From: Bdellovibrionales bacterium
Lineage (GTDB): Bacteria; Bdellovibrionota; Bdellovibrionia; Bdellovibrionales; UBA1609
Assembly (NCBI GenBank): GCA_965199825.1
Contig: OZ241329.1
Coordinates: forward strand, 1,056,001-1,120,000
DNA: 64,000 bases
Reading direction: 5' to 3'
Shown piece by piece: positions 27,683-37,687 of this stretch (position 1 is the first letter of the stretch; each line of letters begins with the position of its first letter). Made by a program: the position numbers and the translations under genes. Below the pieces are notes generated by a model. That model worked only from the letters and a program-made list of their open reading frames with translations, ran no database searches and was not told the DNA's origin.

Positions 27683-28601
27683 TAGGAGCAGCTTCTATTA
27701 AGATGTTAAGCAATTTATCAAGCAACGATAAGTTAAATGCTTCAATGTCACCAGGCGCGATATCTCTGAGGTTGTTGGTATCGGCTGCACCCTGCACAGC
27801 TAAAATAAACTGGGCCACAAACCCGTTAATTTCATCGTCAGTTCTCAAGTGTTGAACATATTTTTTCCAAATAATATTTCGAATATAATCAAAATCTAAA
27901 CTTTCTTGTCCCGAATGAGTCATGGGAGCGGGATTGCGAAAATCCCATCGCAAACAATTGATGTTGTTGGCTCCATAAACCTCAGAACATGATTCAGCCC
28001 AAGTCGCGGCATCACCAACAATAAGCAATGCAATGACATCCGAGAATAAATTGGAAGCTGCGTAGAGAAATTCCTGTTGGTGAGATTCAAAAAATTGTTT
28101 TTGAGATAATCCTAAACTCTTTTGTTGCTTCAAAATCGATAGCTTCTTGGTGGTAAACTCAAGCTCTCTTAAGACCTTTTTTTGGGTCTCGAGCTCAAGG
28201 AGATCGGAAGTGAGTTTATGTTCTTTTTTATGAATCTTAGCTTCAGGCTCAAGAAAAGCAAAAATACGGGTATGGGAAAATATCGCAGCACCCAAAGCCC
28301 GGGCATAAACCCAGCTCTGAGTTGTAGGACTTAAACTCAATAATGATTCAGGTAATCGCATTAAATTTTGCCGAGGTGAGTAGGATGCAAAATCAATATC
28401 ATTCAAAAACTCCCATCGCACATCACAGTTTTCCATTTCACACACGTGGTCTAAGAGACTATTGACCTGTGTGACGGTCGCATTCAATCTTTCGAAGCGT
28501 TCGGCATGTGGGTAAGCAGGGTTTAACGAGACCAAGCAGGCATCCGAGGCTGCAAAGCTCATTGTGGGAATTAACCAAAATAAAACAATCATTGTCTTCA
28601 A
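27624..28601 (-). CDS. Secreted hypothetical protein
   Basis: AGGAG + TTG, signal peptide ending SFA, then DACLVSL; 3' end overlaps the MFS gene. Confidence 0.6.
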   Translation of the reverse strand: MKTMIVLFWLIPTMSFAASDACLVSLNPAYPHAERFERLNATVTQVNSLLDHVCEMENCDVRWEFLNDIDFASYSPRQNLMRLPESLLSLSPTTQSWVYARALGAAIFSHTRIFAFLEPEAKIHKKEHKLTSDLLELETQKKVLRELEFTTKKLSILKQQKSLGLSQKQFFESHQQEFLYAASNLFSDVIALLIVGDAATWAESCSEVYGANNINCLRWDFRNPAPMTHSGQESLDFDYIRNIIWKKYVQHLRTDDEINGFVAQFILAVQGAADTNNLRDIAPGDIEAFNLSLLDKLLNILIEAAPITQAPSMADQNREKEALTP

Positions 28602-28753
28602 AATCGCTCCTCATTCATGGGTGAACATTCGGAGCTACACTGTTTTATTTCATGGATCAAAAAAAAGTAGGAAGAAATCGTAATAAGTCCTGGATTAGGT
28701 CCAGTATGCGGGGGTCTCGATTTTAGATTCTATAAATTATTTTTTGGCAGGGG

Positions 28754-28782
28754 AAAAAGAAGGCCGGTATGAAACCGGCCTT
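28754..28782 (-). terminator. Intrinsic terminator of 28789-29400
   Basis: AAGGCCGGT/ACCGGCCTT 9-bp stem, 5-nt loop, followed by CTTTTT on the minus strand. Confidence 0.75.
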
Positions 28783-28788
28783 AAGAAA

Positions 28789-29400
28789 TTAGTTTTGAGC
28801 AGGAGCTACGTTTGAATCTTCAACAGCAGCTGAAAGAATCGAAACAAGGTTAGCAATTTTTGGCTCTTGGTCCATCAATCGCGCTTGCTCTTCAGCAGGT
28901 AATTCAAGAAATGCATTGATGCCTTCTGGAGTTAAATACTGATCAGTTGCTTTTGCTGCGTGTACATCTGGAAATGCAAAGTGTTTTACCAAACCAGCAA
29001 GAGTGAATGCCACACCAAAACCTGTAAATGCTTTAGGTAAACCAAAGCTTTCTTTAACAAAATAAGGAGCAACAATACGTGTTGAAACACCCAAATTTTT
29101 GATCATAACTGGGGTGAATTTTTCAAACATTACAACAACAGCTTTTCCAATAAAAGTACCAGCGACCATGTAGAAAGCAGTGTCAGCCACTTTAAATAGA
29201 TCTCGTCCCGAACGGTTGCGAGCGTTTAATACTCCAATACGATCAAGAGCAGAAGCAGTCGTTACAGGAACACCTTTAACGATGAATGCTGGTGATTTGA
29301 ATGCAAAATTGTCGGGGTTGCCGATGGTTGCTTGAGCGGTAGCAGTTACTGCACCTGTAGTTAATACTGCAGTTGCGAGTACAAGAAGAGCACGTTTCAT
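28789..29400 (-). CDS. Exported hypothetical protein with two hydrophobic helices
   Basis: GGAGG RBS, signal peptide ending ATA, own terminator. Confidence 0.7.
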   Translation of the reverse strand: MKRALLVLATAVLTTGAVTATAQATIGNPDNFAFKSPAFIVKGVPVTTASALDRIGVLNARNRSGRDLFKVADTAFYMVAGTFIGKAVVVMFEKFTPVMIKNLGVSTRIVAPYFVKESFGLPKAFTGFGVAFTLAGLVKHFAFPDVHAAKATDQYLTPEGINAFLELPAEEQARLMDQEPKIANLVSILSAAVEDSNVAPAQN

Positions 29401-29677
29401 TAAATCCTCCGTTAGTTATTTTTATAAAGACACCCCTAAGGCGCTACCATGGGGCGCTTGAACCCTCAACCCATTTAATTTTAAGTCCTGAAATGGGAAT
29501 ATTTTTGATTGTTAATTGGGCAACTTTGGCGCGAGAAGGAATACTTTGGTTCTCAAGAATTTGAAGTGTGTCCAAGCGCGTAAGAACTGAGTAAACTTAA
29601 ATTATTTAATATGTGTTACATTTTACTTAAAACAGACCAATTGATATTTTTTTAAAAATCGCAAAATCGAATCGATT

Positions 29678-30454
29678 TTACTCTGATGTTCTTGAATGAA
29701 TGTACATGGATTGAATCGCAACTCTTCCGGGTCCGGTAAACCGATTCGTCACTAAGTTAAAAGAGCCAAGAAATCCAGTAGCAAGATTTTGGGCATTGGT
29801 TTCCATCCGTACGCTCGTATCTTTATAAAGCCATCCTCCGGGCTCGACTTCAATTTGCTCGCCTGGGGCAAGAATTTTTTCGAACACATTCCCATAACCA
29901 TGAAGCCATAATATTCCCTCACCCTGATTACCGTGAAATTTATCAATAAAAAAACCTGTACCGCCAAATAGCATATTAGAAATTCCGCGGACTCGCTCAA
30001 AGCTATATCCAATATTGCTTGTTGCAGCCAAAAACTGATGCTCTCTAACATGAATTTCTTCGCCGGCTTTTATATGCAAAGCGAATATATGTCCGGCACC
30101 GTCTCGACTAAAAGAAATTTGTCCCGGTCCTTTAGCTTCGGTCACAAATATTTGTATCCCCGCAAATACCCGTTTGATCGCGCCCTTCATTCTTTGGATG
30201 CCGATTTTAACATCAGGGTGCTTCCACAACAGAATGTGGTGCTCAAAATATACTGACTGATTATTGCTTTTGAGTTCAATGGTTAGTGCAGGAACAAGCT
30301 CACCTTCGACATGGTATGTGTAACCAGCAAAAGATTGGTCGACTGCGGATGTGGGCAAGAGTTTTGGCCGTTCGAATAAAGGTGCACAGGGATCAGACAT
30401 TGCAATCGCTAAGGTTGGAATGAAGGCCACAATTATTTTTACTAAAATAGACAC
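29678..30454 (-). CDS. AIM24 family protein with an N-terminal signal-like extension
   Basis: YHVEGELVPAL, GPGQISFS, LFGGTGFFID, LWLHGYGN, FTGPGRVAIQS; AAGAGG before GTG start. Confidence 0.85.
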   Translation of the reverse strand: MSILVKIIVAFIPTLAIAMSDPCAPLFERPKLLPTSAVDQSFAGYTYHVEGELVPALTIELKSNNQSVYFEHHILLWKHPDVKIGIQRMKGAIKRVFAGIQIFVTEAKGPGQISFSRDGAGHIFALHIKAGEEIHVREHQFLAATSNIGYSFERVRGISNMLFGGTGFFIDKFHGNQGEGILWLHGYGNVFEKILAPGEQIEVEPGGWLYKDTSVRMETNAQNLATGFLGSFNLVTNRFTGPGRVAIQSMYIHSRTSE

Positions 30455-30590
30455 GCGAACCTCTTAGGAGAGCTTGGTTGATTTTGTAAACCTCTTCATA
30501 ACGGGATGTGCAAAAGCTCTTCAACATTTATTTTGTTTAGTATTCCAGATAAGCTTGGACTTTTTTAATTGGACAAGTTTTTAAAAAAAA

Positions 30591-30682
30591 TGGCGGAGGA
30601 GGCCGGATTCGAACCGGCGGTACCGGTTACCCAGTACGACAGTTTAGCAAACTGTTGGTTTCAGCCACTCACCCACTCCTCC
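30591..30682 (-). tRNA. tRNA-Ser (GCT)
   Basis: Minus strand GGAGGAG...CTCCTCC-G-CCA, ACAGT-TT-GCT-AA-ACTGT anticodon arm, long variable arm. Confidence 0.97.
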
Positions 30683-30799
30683 GGAGCTCTTCTTTTTTGG
30701 CTGAAGGCGCAGACTGCCAAAGCCCAGCCTTAAAATCAAGGAAGCTTATTGAGCCAGAGGTCAGTTGTTAGGGCCGCTCCAAAACGAGTCTCACAAAAG

Positions 30800-31384
30800 C
30801 TAAACGTAATTTTGGGGAAACAATTCGCGCTCAACACATTCGATCACGGTGTGAATCAGTTTGATGTGGATCTCTTGGATCCGATCGGAGGTTTGGGCGG
30901 GCACGACAATCGAGAGGTCGGCCATCTTTGCTAAGGCTCCACCGTCGCGTCCGAGCAATGCAATGGTCTGCATTCCCTTTGCTCGCGCGACCTCGAAGGC
31001 ATTGATGACATTCTTGGAGTTGCCACTTGTTGAGAGTCCAAGAAGCAAGTCTCCTTTGCGACCGAGGGCATCGACCTGTCGTGAAAAGATATATTCAAAA
31101 CCGTAGTCATTGCTCACGCAAGTGACGTGCGAGGAATCGCCCAATGCGAGGGCCGCAAGTGGACGCCGATCTTTTTGGTAACGACCGGTTAATTCTTCTG
31201 CAAAGTGCATGGCGTCACAGTGAGAGCCGCCGTTGCCACACGAGAATACAGTTCCGCCGTTTTTGTATAAGTTGAGCAATGACGTTGAGAAGTGCTCACA
31301 TCGCTGCATCAGATCCGAATCATCCAAAAATTTGGTCAACGTTTCACGGGCGTCGATTAATGACTGCCGCCATATATTTTTCAT
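30800..31384 (-). CDS. gmhA: D-sedoheptulose 7-phosphate isomerase
   Basis: CGNGGSHCDAMHFAEELTGRY, SNDYG, STSGNS, DRIQEIH; ATG at 31384 (ORF opens at 31393). Confidence 0.95.
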   Translation of the reverse strand: MKNIWRQSLIDARETLTKFLDDSDLMQRCEHFSTSLLNLYKNGGTVFSCGNGGSHCDAMHFAEELTGRYQKDRRPLAALALGDSSHVTCVSNDYGFEYIFSRQVDALGRKGDLLLGLSTSGNSKNVINAFEVARAKGMQTIALLGRDGGALAKMADLSIVVPAQTSDRIQEIHIKLIHTVIECVERELFPQNYV

Positions 31385-31475
31385 AGCTATCAACGTACAA
31401 GTGCACCGATTGCTTGTCTAGCGGGCGAAGATCCTTGATTTCTGGGCTTATCTTCAATACAAGCAAAAGCTCTGC

Positions 31476-31552
31476 GCGCTCGTAGCTCAGCTGGATAGAG
31501 TACTTGACTACGAATCAAGTGGTCGGAGGTTCGAATCCTTCCGGGCGCGCCA
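31476..31552 (+). tRNA. tRNA-Arg (ACG)
   Basis: GCGCTCG...CGGGCGC-G-CCA, CTTGA-CT-ACG-AA-TCAAG anticodon arm, GGTTCGAATCC. Confidence 0.97.
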
Positions 31553-32393
31553 ATTCAAGCACATTCTTTAATTTCAAAATTCGTTCTGGTGTTACCGCTT
31601 TTAATGGAAGAACGGCGTCATCATAAATTAATCTTATTAAAAAAAGACTAAGGCTAATACCAATTATTAAAGCCTTACTGGGGTGAGGATAATAAGTATG
31701 AAATATGCCTCTTGCTTCAAATACCAAAAGGCTTCCACAGATTCCGAGAGCGATTTTAGATTTTAGATATTTGACCTTAGAATGCGTGCCTACAATTTCT
31801 TTTGCAGATGTAAAACTCGAACTCATTTCAAGTGTTGAGAGTCGTGAAATAAAATTAAGCCAAAGATATTCGTCGTCGCGAGTCTGCAGCGTCATGAAAA
31901 TATGTGTCATTAGCATTTGAATTTTTTGAAGAGTTTGGTCTTCAAGGAAATCCTCACGCAAAACGTTGTACGCTTGCAAAAGGTTAATGGTAGAAAATAA
32001 TATTTGGTTTTTATAAAAATGATCGAAATTATTTTTCTTCAATTCTTGAGCTAAAATTAAATTACTTAAAAGACGTTTTAGATGGGGACTTGCTTTTTCA
32101 GAAAAAGAACTTTCGATAAGCTGAACTTCGTTTGGCCTTTTGGTTAAGATTGTATCGCGTATCAGGTCATCTTCATCTTGGTCGGCTGAGATGAAATATC
32201 CATTGTCACCGAGCACGTCGACCACTGCGTAAGCGTCTTGAATATGATTTGATTCTCTAACAAACGAACTTATTATTTTTGCCGCTTCCGAAATCTCAAT
32301 TTTTTTGTGGCCGTTGCTTAAAGGTTTGTCAAACTTCACAAAGGTTTGTGACCAACTCATAACTAAACTAATCTTAATTAAATAAGTTAACAT
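31515..32393 (-). CDS. AT-rich hypothetical membrane protein whose 3' end runs antisense into tRNA-Arg
   Basis: 292-aa ORF with two C-terminal TM segments; last residues ARPEGFEPPTT are the tRNA antisense translation. Confidence 0.55.
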   Translation of the reverse strand: MLTYLIKISLVMSWSQTFVKFDKPLSNGHKKIEISEAAKIISSFVRESNHIQDAYAVVDVLGDNGYFISADQDEDDLIRDTILTKRPNEVQLIESSFSEKASPHLKRLLSNLILAQELKKNNFDHFYKNQILFSTINLLQAYNVLREDFLEDQTLQKIQMLMTHIFMTLQTRDDEYLWLNFISRLSTLEMSSSFTSAKEIVGTHSKVKYLKSKIALGICGSLLVFEARGIFHTYYPHPSKALIIGISLSLFLIRLIYDDAVLPLKAVTPERILKLKNVLELARPEGFEPPTT

Positions 32394-32594
32394 ATTTAGT
32401 TAACTGCAGAATTTTAAGTTCGTTTGCAATCTCAAACTGAGGCGCTGAAGCTTTCGACACTATTGAGCACTTCAACACCAATCTTTCGATATCTCAAATT
32501 AAAACGGTTTATAACTTTGTAAGTATCTATAATGATGAGGGTATCCAAAATGTGCTGTTGTGATTCATGGCTAAAATATTGAAGATAAAAAGGC

Positions 32595-34460
32595 ATGAAA
32601 GCATTAACACTGAACGGTTTATTCTTCGCCTTAGCACTTCAACTCGTCGGCTGTTCGAGTCAGTTTCAGACTGTTAAGCTGAATGCTTCGGCATTGAGCC
32701 AATCTTCGGTAAGCTCGTGCATTCCAAATTCACAAGTGATCTGTGCAATACCTCATGCGACAGCAATTCAACATTGCAATAGCAAAGGCCAGTTGGAAAC
32801 TTGTAATGTTCAGGTTTGTTTTCCTGGTTATGACTTGAAAAATAATTCATGTGGATTGAGTGTACCAACGGCTTCACCAAATCCAGCAACTTCAAATTCA
32901 CCAAGCGTTTCAACTCCACCCGTATCATCGTCTCCCGTATCAGCAGCACCTTCTTCAGACGCATCCACTTCAACTCCACCCGTTTTAACAACACCGGTAT
33001 CGACACCGCCTCCTGCACCGCAATTGGTATGTTCGCCAAACTCAACTCAATCCTGCGCAGTCGGTGCCTCAATCGGAACTCAATCGTGCAATGCTGACGG
33101 TTCGGTCTTGAATGCCTGCGGAAATTTTAGTTCATGTGTTCCGGGTTATGAGATGAAAAATCAAAATTGTGTTTTGTCACAACCCTTGGTTGCTGACGGC
33201 CAACATTTAGTTGTGATGCAATATGAAACTTGGTTTGGACCCAACGGTGCACAAACTTTTACAGACGTGGCTGCAATGCCCACTTTGACTTCGTCGAGCA
33301 TGCAGGCTGCTGGACTTGCGGGTTATGACAGTGCTGATCCCGCAATCATCGCTCAACACGCAAAATGGCTTCAAGCTATGCAAGTCGATGCGGTTCAAAT
33401 TGATCTTACTAACGGTGGCGCTTGCACTTTTAACGATGACATAAACACTTTTTGTGGTGGAAATGCGGACCGCAAAACTGGATTTTTGTCGATCAAAAAT
33501 AATTTTACTAATCTTTATAACGCTTATTCACAAATGGGAATTCCACTTAAAATCATTCCACTTATGGATGGACAAGATGACGATTTGTTTACGCTTGATA
33601 CAGACGGAAAAACTGCTTTCGAGAAAATGATGCGAAAAATTCTTGATCTTTCGACTTACTACCGCAATCAAACGGTTTATTTCCAAGGGCGCCCTTTAGT
33701 TTCAATTTACCTTGGCACTCCAGCAAGAACTGATCTTTTGCCAAAGATGCAGCAAATCTTGAATGATACTCAAATCGGAAATGTTCTGACCATCCGTTAC
33801 GTGTCAGGTGATTTAGAAAGCCAGCCTTCACAGTGGACCAATTCAAAAGGCGTTGCTGGACTTCGTGAAACCAATCTGTGGTCATGGGTAGATCGCTTAA
33901 ATTTTGGGGCTGGATTTATTCCATCTTACTCAAGAAACGGCGGAGCTCCTGAGAGTTTCACGGTAACTTCGGCAACAATGGGTTTTGACGGTTGGGGAAA
34001 TTTCGCTACTCACCAATATGCAAACGGTGTGAGCTTAAGAGGAAACGGCGAAAATCTTCGCTTATCCTTTGAATACGCAAAATCAGTGTCGCCCACATTT
34101 TTGATTATTGATCAATTCAATGAGTACAAGCAGCAAGATCAAGGTTGGGATGCCAACACCACAAATGATCTTGAACCCACAAATCTTTGGGGCAATGGCC
34201 CAATGCAATTGGCAACTCAGCTCATTGCTGATTACAAAGCGCATCTTCAGTCACCCGGAGTAGCTTTTGTGATACCTGGCTTTTTTCAGGTTCCAAATAA
34301 CGGAGCGATTTACAACTCAAATGGTTTTGCCTCATACTGCTCATTCGGAAGTTGGGATGATTATTCTCGTTCAGGTGGAGCAGAAGATCGTAGCAACGTT
34401 CTTACAGTTTCAAACGTTCCCACCGACATGCATTACGACGGCACATGTTCGGTTCCCTAA
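32595..34460 (+). CDS. Lipoprotein with Cys-rich modules, Ser/Pro linker and GH99/GH71-like glycoside hydrolase domain
   Basis: Lipobox LVGC; YETWF, YDSADPAIIAQHAKWL...VDAV, FNEY, DLEP motifs reminiscent of GH99-like TIM barrels. Confidence 0.6.
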   Translation: MKALTLNGLFFALALQLVGCSSQFQTVKLNASALSQSSVSSCIPNSQVICAIPHATAIQHCNSKGQLETCNVQVCFPGYDLKNNSCGLSVPTASPNPATSNSPSVSTPPVSSSPVSAAPSSDASTSTPPVLTTPVSTPPPAPQLVCSPNSTQSCAVGASIGTQSCNADGSVLNACGNFSSCVPGYEMKNQNCVLSQPLVADGQHLVVMQYETWFGPNGAQTFTDVAAMPTLTSSSMQAAGLAGYDSADPAIIAQHAKWLQAMQVDAVQIDLTNGGACTFNDDINTFCGGNADRKTGFLSIKNNFTNLYNAYSQMGIPLKIIPLMDGQDDDLFTLDTDGKTAFEKMMRKILDLSTYYRNQTVYFQGRPLVSIYLGTPARTDLLPKMQQILNDTQIGNVLTIRYVSGDLESQPSQWTNSKGVAGLRETNLWSWVDRLNFGAGFIPSYSRNGGAPESFTVTSATMGFDGWGNFATHQYANGVSLRGNGENLRLSFEYAKSVSPTFLIIDQFNEYKQQDQGWDANTTNDLEPTNLWGNGPMQLATQLIADYKAHLQSPGVAFVIPGFFQVPNNGAIYNSNGFASYCSFGSWDDYSRSGGAEDRSNVLTVSNVPTDMHYDGTCSVP

Positions 34461-35401
34461 TTTAAAAGCGAATCGCATTTCTCGTATTTTAAAACTTTTG
34501 CGATTTCGCTTTCGAGCTCTTCGTTGGTTTCACCCAAAATTGCGAGAGCGGCTCGGCTAAATGTGGATGAGGGCAGCTCCATCAATAACTCTCTTGCATG
34601 CTGAAGCTGAGAGAGTCTCTCTTGATAAATCTTAAGATGAATTTTTGCGACAACCAAAAGATTTGGCCGCATTTCCCATTGGGTATTAAAAAATCGAAAG
34701 TCGGGACCTGCTCCGGGAAATCGAACCCCAACCGCCTCAAGAAATGAATCCGAATTTAAAAGAGTAGAGCGAATATTTTGCTCCGCAGTGAGCTCTTTAA
34801 TTTGGGCAGACCGTCTGGGTGAAAATAAAGCGAATTCATTGAGGAACTGTTCGCGGAACTCATCGGTAAATGAAGTCATCAATTGGTGAGAGACTGCGCC
34901 GGTGGCGAGTCGTTGATAGATTTCAACAGCATCAAAATTTAAAAACAAATCAACTGCATACTGAATAAAAAAATAATCAAAATGAGTGGTGCGAAACAAT
35001 TTGTTTTGAAGTTGAAAAATGCGATCGCCAAACACTTCGGAATAATTCCAATTTACCCAGGGACTTTCAGTCACCAATTTCATCATTATATGAGACTGTT
35101 CTTTTAACTTTGATCTCCATTCGTACTGGATTTTGGTTGATCCTTTACGATCAACTTTTTCAAATTCTTTGAGTGACTGCTCATAAGTTGTGACCAGTCC
35201 CAGGTGTTCGGGATGGGCCTTGGCCCAGTCTTCAAAAATATCGAGGTGTTCCCAATTCAAGTGATCAAAGTGCAGATCTGGCTTTTGGGTGAACAGATGA
35301 GTTTTAAATTCCGAAAGCCTAAGTTCACGCAATGAAGTGATAAAATTGATTTCGGCTTGTGAGGGCAAAAGAGCAAAGAACACAAATATCGCATTCAACA
35401 C
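34457..35401 (-). CDS. Secreted hypothetical protein with C-terminal CDSLLN
   Basis: AAGGA + GTG, signal peptide ending SQA; helical body. Confidence 0.6.
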   Translation of the reverse strand: MLNAIFVFFALLPSQAEINFITSLRELRLSEFKTHLFTQKPDLHFDHLNWEHLDIFEDWAKAHPEHLGLVTTYEQSLKEFEKVDRKGSTKIQYEWRSKLKEQSHIMMKLVTESPWVNWNYSEVFGDRIFQLQNKLFRTTHFDYFFIQYAVDLFLNFDAVEIYQRLATGAVSHQLMTSFTDEFREQFLNEFALFSPRRSAQIKELTAEQNIRSTLLNSDSFLEAVGVRFPGAGPDFRFFNTQWEMRPNLLVVAKIHLKIYQERLSQLQHARELLMELPSSTFSRAALAILGETNEELESEIAKVLKYEKCDSLLN

Positions 35402-35482
35402 AAAAATCCTTTTCGTGTTTGTTGTTAATTAATTATGAAGGTTTCGCGACATTTTGTCAAATTGGTAAGGTCGGGTCTTGAA

Positions 35483-35506
35483 AGCCCCGGGCAAAGGCCT
35501 GGGGCT
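35483..35506 (-). terminator. Probable intrinsic terminator of 35531-36109
   Basis: AGCCCCGGGC-AAAG-GCCTGGGGCT hairpin with a short T run downstream on the minus strand. Confidence 0.55.
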
Positions 35507-35530
35507 ATATAAATCGGACAGGTTTGTAAA

Positions 35531-36109
35531 TTAATTTTGATTATCGACGGTGGTGCCTTCGAGATGATCTTTAGCCCAGAGTACAGCAACTTTATTGGCA
35601 ATGCTGACCGTTTGATTTACAAATTGGCTACTGCGAAACGCTGAAAAATTAATCGCAGAAGATTCGCCAAAGGCTTCGGGAGTTAATTTTAAACCATCTT
35701 CGGTATTTTGATATTTACCGTAAACGTAGATGGCTTCTGAAGAAGTAGCAAAGCTGTAAAAAACTTGGATAATGTAGCGGTCTTGAGTGTCACCGTCTAA
35801 GGCAAGATAACGCACAACAAATTTATCGAATCTGCTTAAAAATAATTGATCACCGTCACTCAGATTTGAATTGTAGGTTTGCATGACATCAGTTTCGGTG
35901 CCGTTATTGGTGCGCAATTTAATTTCGCCCATGTCTGTAACCAATGAGCATTCGATCATTTTAGATTTGGGTGAAAAGCAGATTTTGTCGCCTTCAGCCC
36001 ATTTTTCGGGGGTCGTTTCGAGATGGAATTTTCCATCTTTTTTAACATATTCTGAACCGAACGCGGACATACTGAGTCCCATAAGAAGGCCGATGATTAC
36101 TGAGCGCAT
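35531..36109 (-). CDS. Secreted hypothetical protein
   Basis: GGAG then MRSVIIGLLMGLSMSAFG. Confidence 0.65.
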   Translation of the reverse strand: MRSVIIGLLMGLSMSAFGSEYVKKDGKFHLETTPEKWAEGDKICFSPKSKMIECSLVTDMGEIKLRTNNGTETDVMQTYNSNLSDGDQLFLSRFDKFVVRYLALDGDTQDRYIIQVFYSFATSSEAIYVYGKYQNTEDGLKLTPEAFGESSAINFSAFRSSQFVNQTVSIANKVAVLWAKDHLEGTTVDNQN

Positions 36110-36218
36110 AATTTCTCCATTCAATTGTTTTTAAAGAAAAACGGTTTATGCCAATCTTGTCCCACAAAAGAATTTTTTATTCACGCGCATTTTAGGAATT
36201 TCATTCTGAAGTGGAACA

Positions 36219-36575
36219 ATGATAAGAAATTCCATGCTTAACATTATTTTTTTCTCAGGAATTTTATTCGCTCAACCCATTAACAATCTTCAAACTTGTC
36301 TTATGACAGAGGCTCGCATCTACGTTGAGGCTCCTGCTGTCACCGGGCGTATGAAAGAAAGTCTCGATGTTGACCGCGCCTATGATGCCATCGTTAATAA
36401 TCAGCATCAGTTTTGCACTGAACAAGCGATGACGCTCACGGGGAAAAATACACAATCTCAAATGGTGGCAGAAATTTGCCATGCGATTGAGATGACGTTA
36501 TTAAAATTTTTAAATCATCAACAGGTCGACGCACTTTTTAGTGACTCCGAAGCCTGTCGGAGGCTTCGGTTATGA
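36219..36575 (+). CDS. Small secreted Cys-containing hypothetical protein
   Basis: Signal-like N-terminus, four Cys, 4-bp overlap with the SGNH gene. Confidence 0.55.
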   Translation: MIRNSMLNIIFFSGILFAQPINNLQTCLMTEARIYVEAPAVTGRMKESLDVDRAYDAIVNNQHQFCTEQAMTLTGKNTQSQMVAEICHAIEMTLLKFLNHQQVDALFSDSEACRRLRL

Positions 36576-37633
36576 TTTTTGCACTCTGCTTGTGGCTTCA
36601 ATTTGCATCAGCCCAACCTCAAATGGGTATTGTTGGTGATAGCGGTTCAACAGGTGTGGCCACAAACCCAAGACTCTCGACCGAATTGACCAGCCTTCTT
36701 GGCCTGGGTTACAAAAGTTTTTTAGAATTAGATGTTCCTGACGAACTACCTTCGTACGCAAGTTTTACCTCACCCGAAGAATTTAACCTCACCAATCCCA
36801 TCAAACCTTTGCGTCGAGTTTTTTATAGCGAACAAGAGGTCAAAGACGGATCAAAGTTTGATCTGTATCAACATTCATTAGTCGCTCGTAAAGTGGATAT
36901 CGAAGAGTACAGTTGGGGCTATCTTGTGGGGCGAAAGCTCAAATTTGAACCGCAAGATATCGTGATGGCTTCTGAAGATGGAAAGCGCATCGAAACCATC
37001 AGCGCTCAATTTGGTCGTCTGAGTGAGGTGAGTCCCGATTTTTTACCTTCGGTGATTTTTGTGTCCTACTCAGCCAATGACATTTGTCATGAGGACAATT
37101 TAACCAAACCGCTTGATCAACTCAAATCCGAATATGCCCAATCTTTGGTGAAACAATTTGATCAGATCGAACAACAGTACAAATTCGATCCCAATAACGG
37201 AACAACCATTTATCTCTTGGCCCCTTTGCCATTTACTCAGATCCTGACAAGCCCCTCAATCAATCAAAAGCAAATTCCATTTCATGGTGGACGGGTGACC
37301 TGTGGCGATTTGCGAGAAGATCGGGTTCATCGCAAAGTTTTTGGTAAAGATTTGGCCGACGCCCTAAAAGGGGAATGCCCTTTGATCTTAAAAACCAAAC
37401 CCTCGGATCAGGCGCGGATTGAAAAGTTGAGGTCAATTTATCAGACTTTGCTTGATGCTCAGGTTGAAGCATTAAGGACGATTGCGCCCACGAACGGATT
37501 TAAATTTGAGTATATTCCAGAAATTTCGTCTATCGAAATGGACGCCGACGATGTTGTGAATGATTGCTTTCACCCATCTCTTTCTGGGCACACCAAGATT
37601 GCGCGCTCGATTCTTAAACATATTGGTCACTGA
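36572..37633 (+). CDS. Secreted SGNH/GDSL hydrolase
   Basis: IVGDS block I, SANDIC block III, DCFHPS block V. Confidence 0.85.
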   Translation: MIFALCLWLQFASAQPQMGIVGDSGSTGVATNPRLSTELTSLLGLGYKSFLELDVPDELPSYASFTSPEEFNLTNPIKPLRRVFYSEQEVKDGSKFDLYQHSLVARKVDIEEYSWGYLVGRKLKFEPQDIVMASEDGKRIETISAQFGRLSEVSPDFLPSVIFVSYSANDICHEDNLTKPLDQLKSEYAQSLVKQFDQIEQQYKFDPNNGTTIYLLAPLPFTQILTSPSINQKQIPFHGGRVTCGDLREDRVHRKVFGKDLADALKGECPLILKTKPSDQARIEKLRSIYQTLLDAQVEALRTIAPTNGFKFEYIPEISSIEMDADDVVNDCFHPSLSGHTKIARSILKHIGH

Positions 37634-37687
37634 CAAGCGGCGTAAACTCTCGGCCAGATTTAATAAGTTGGTGTACTGTCTCTTGCT

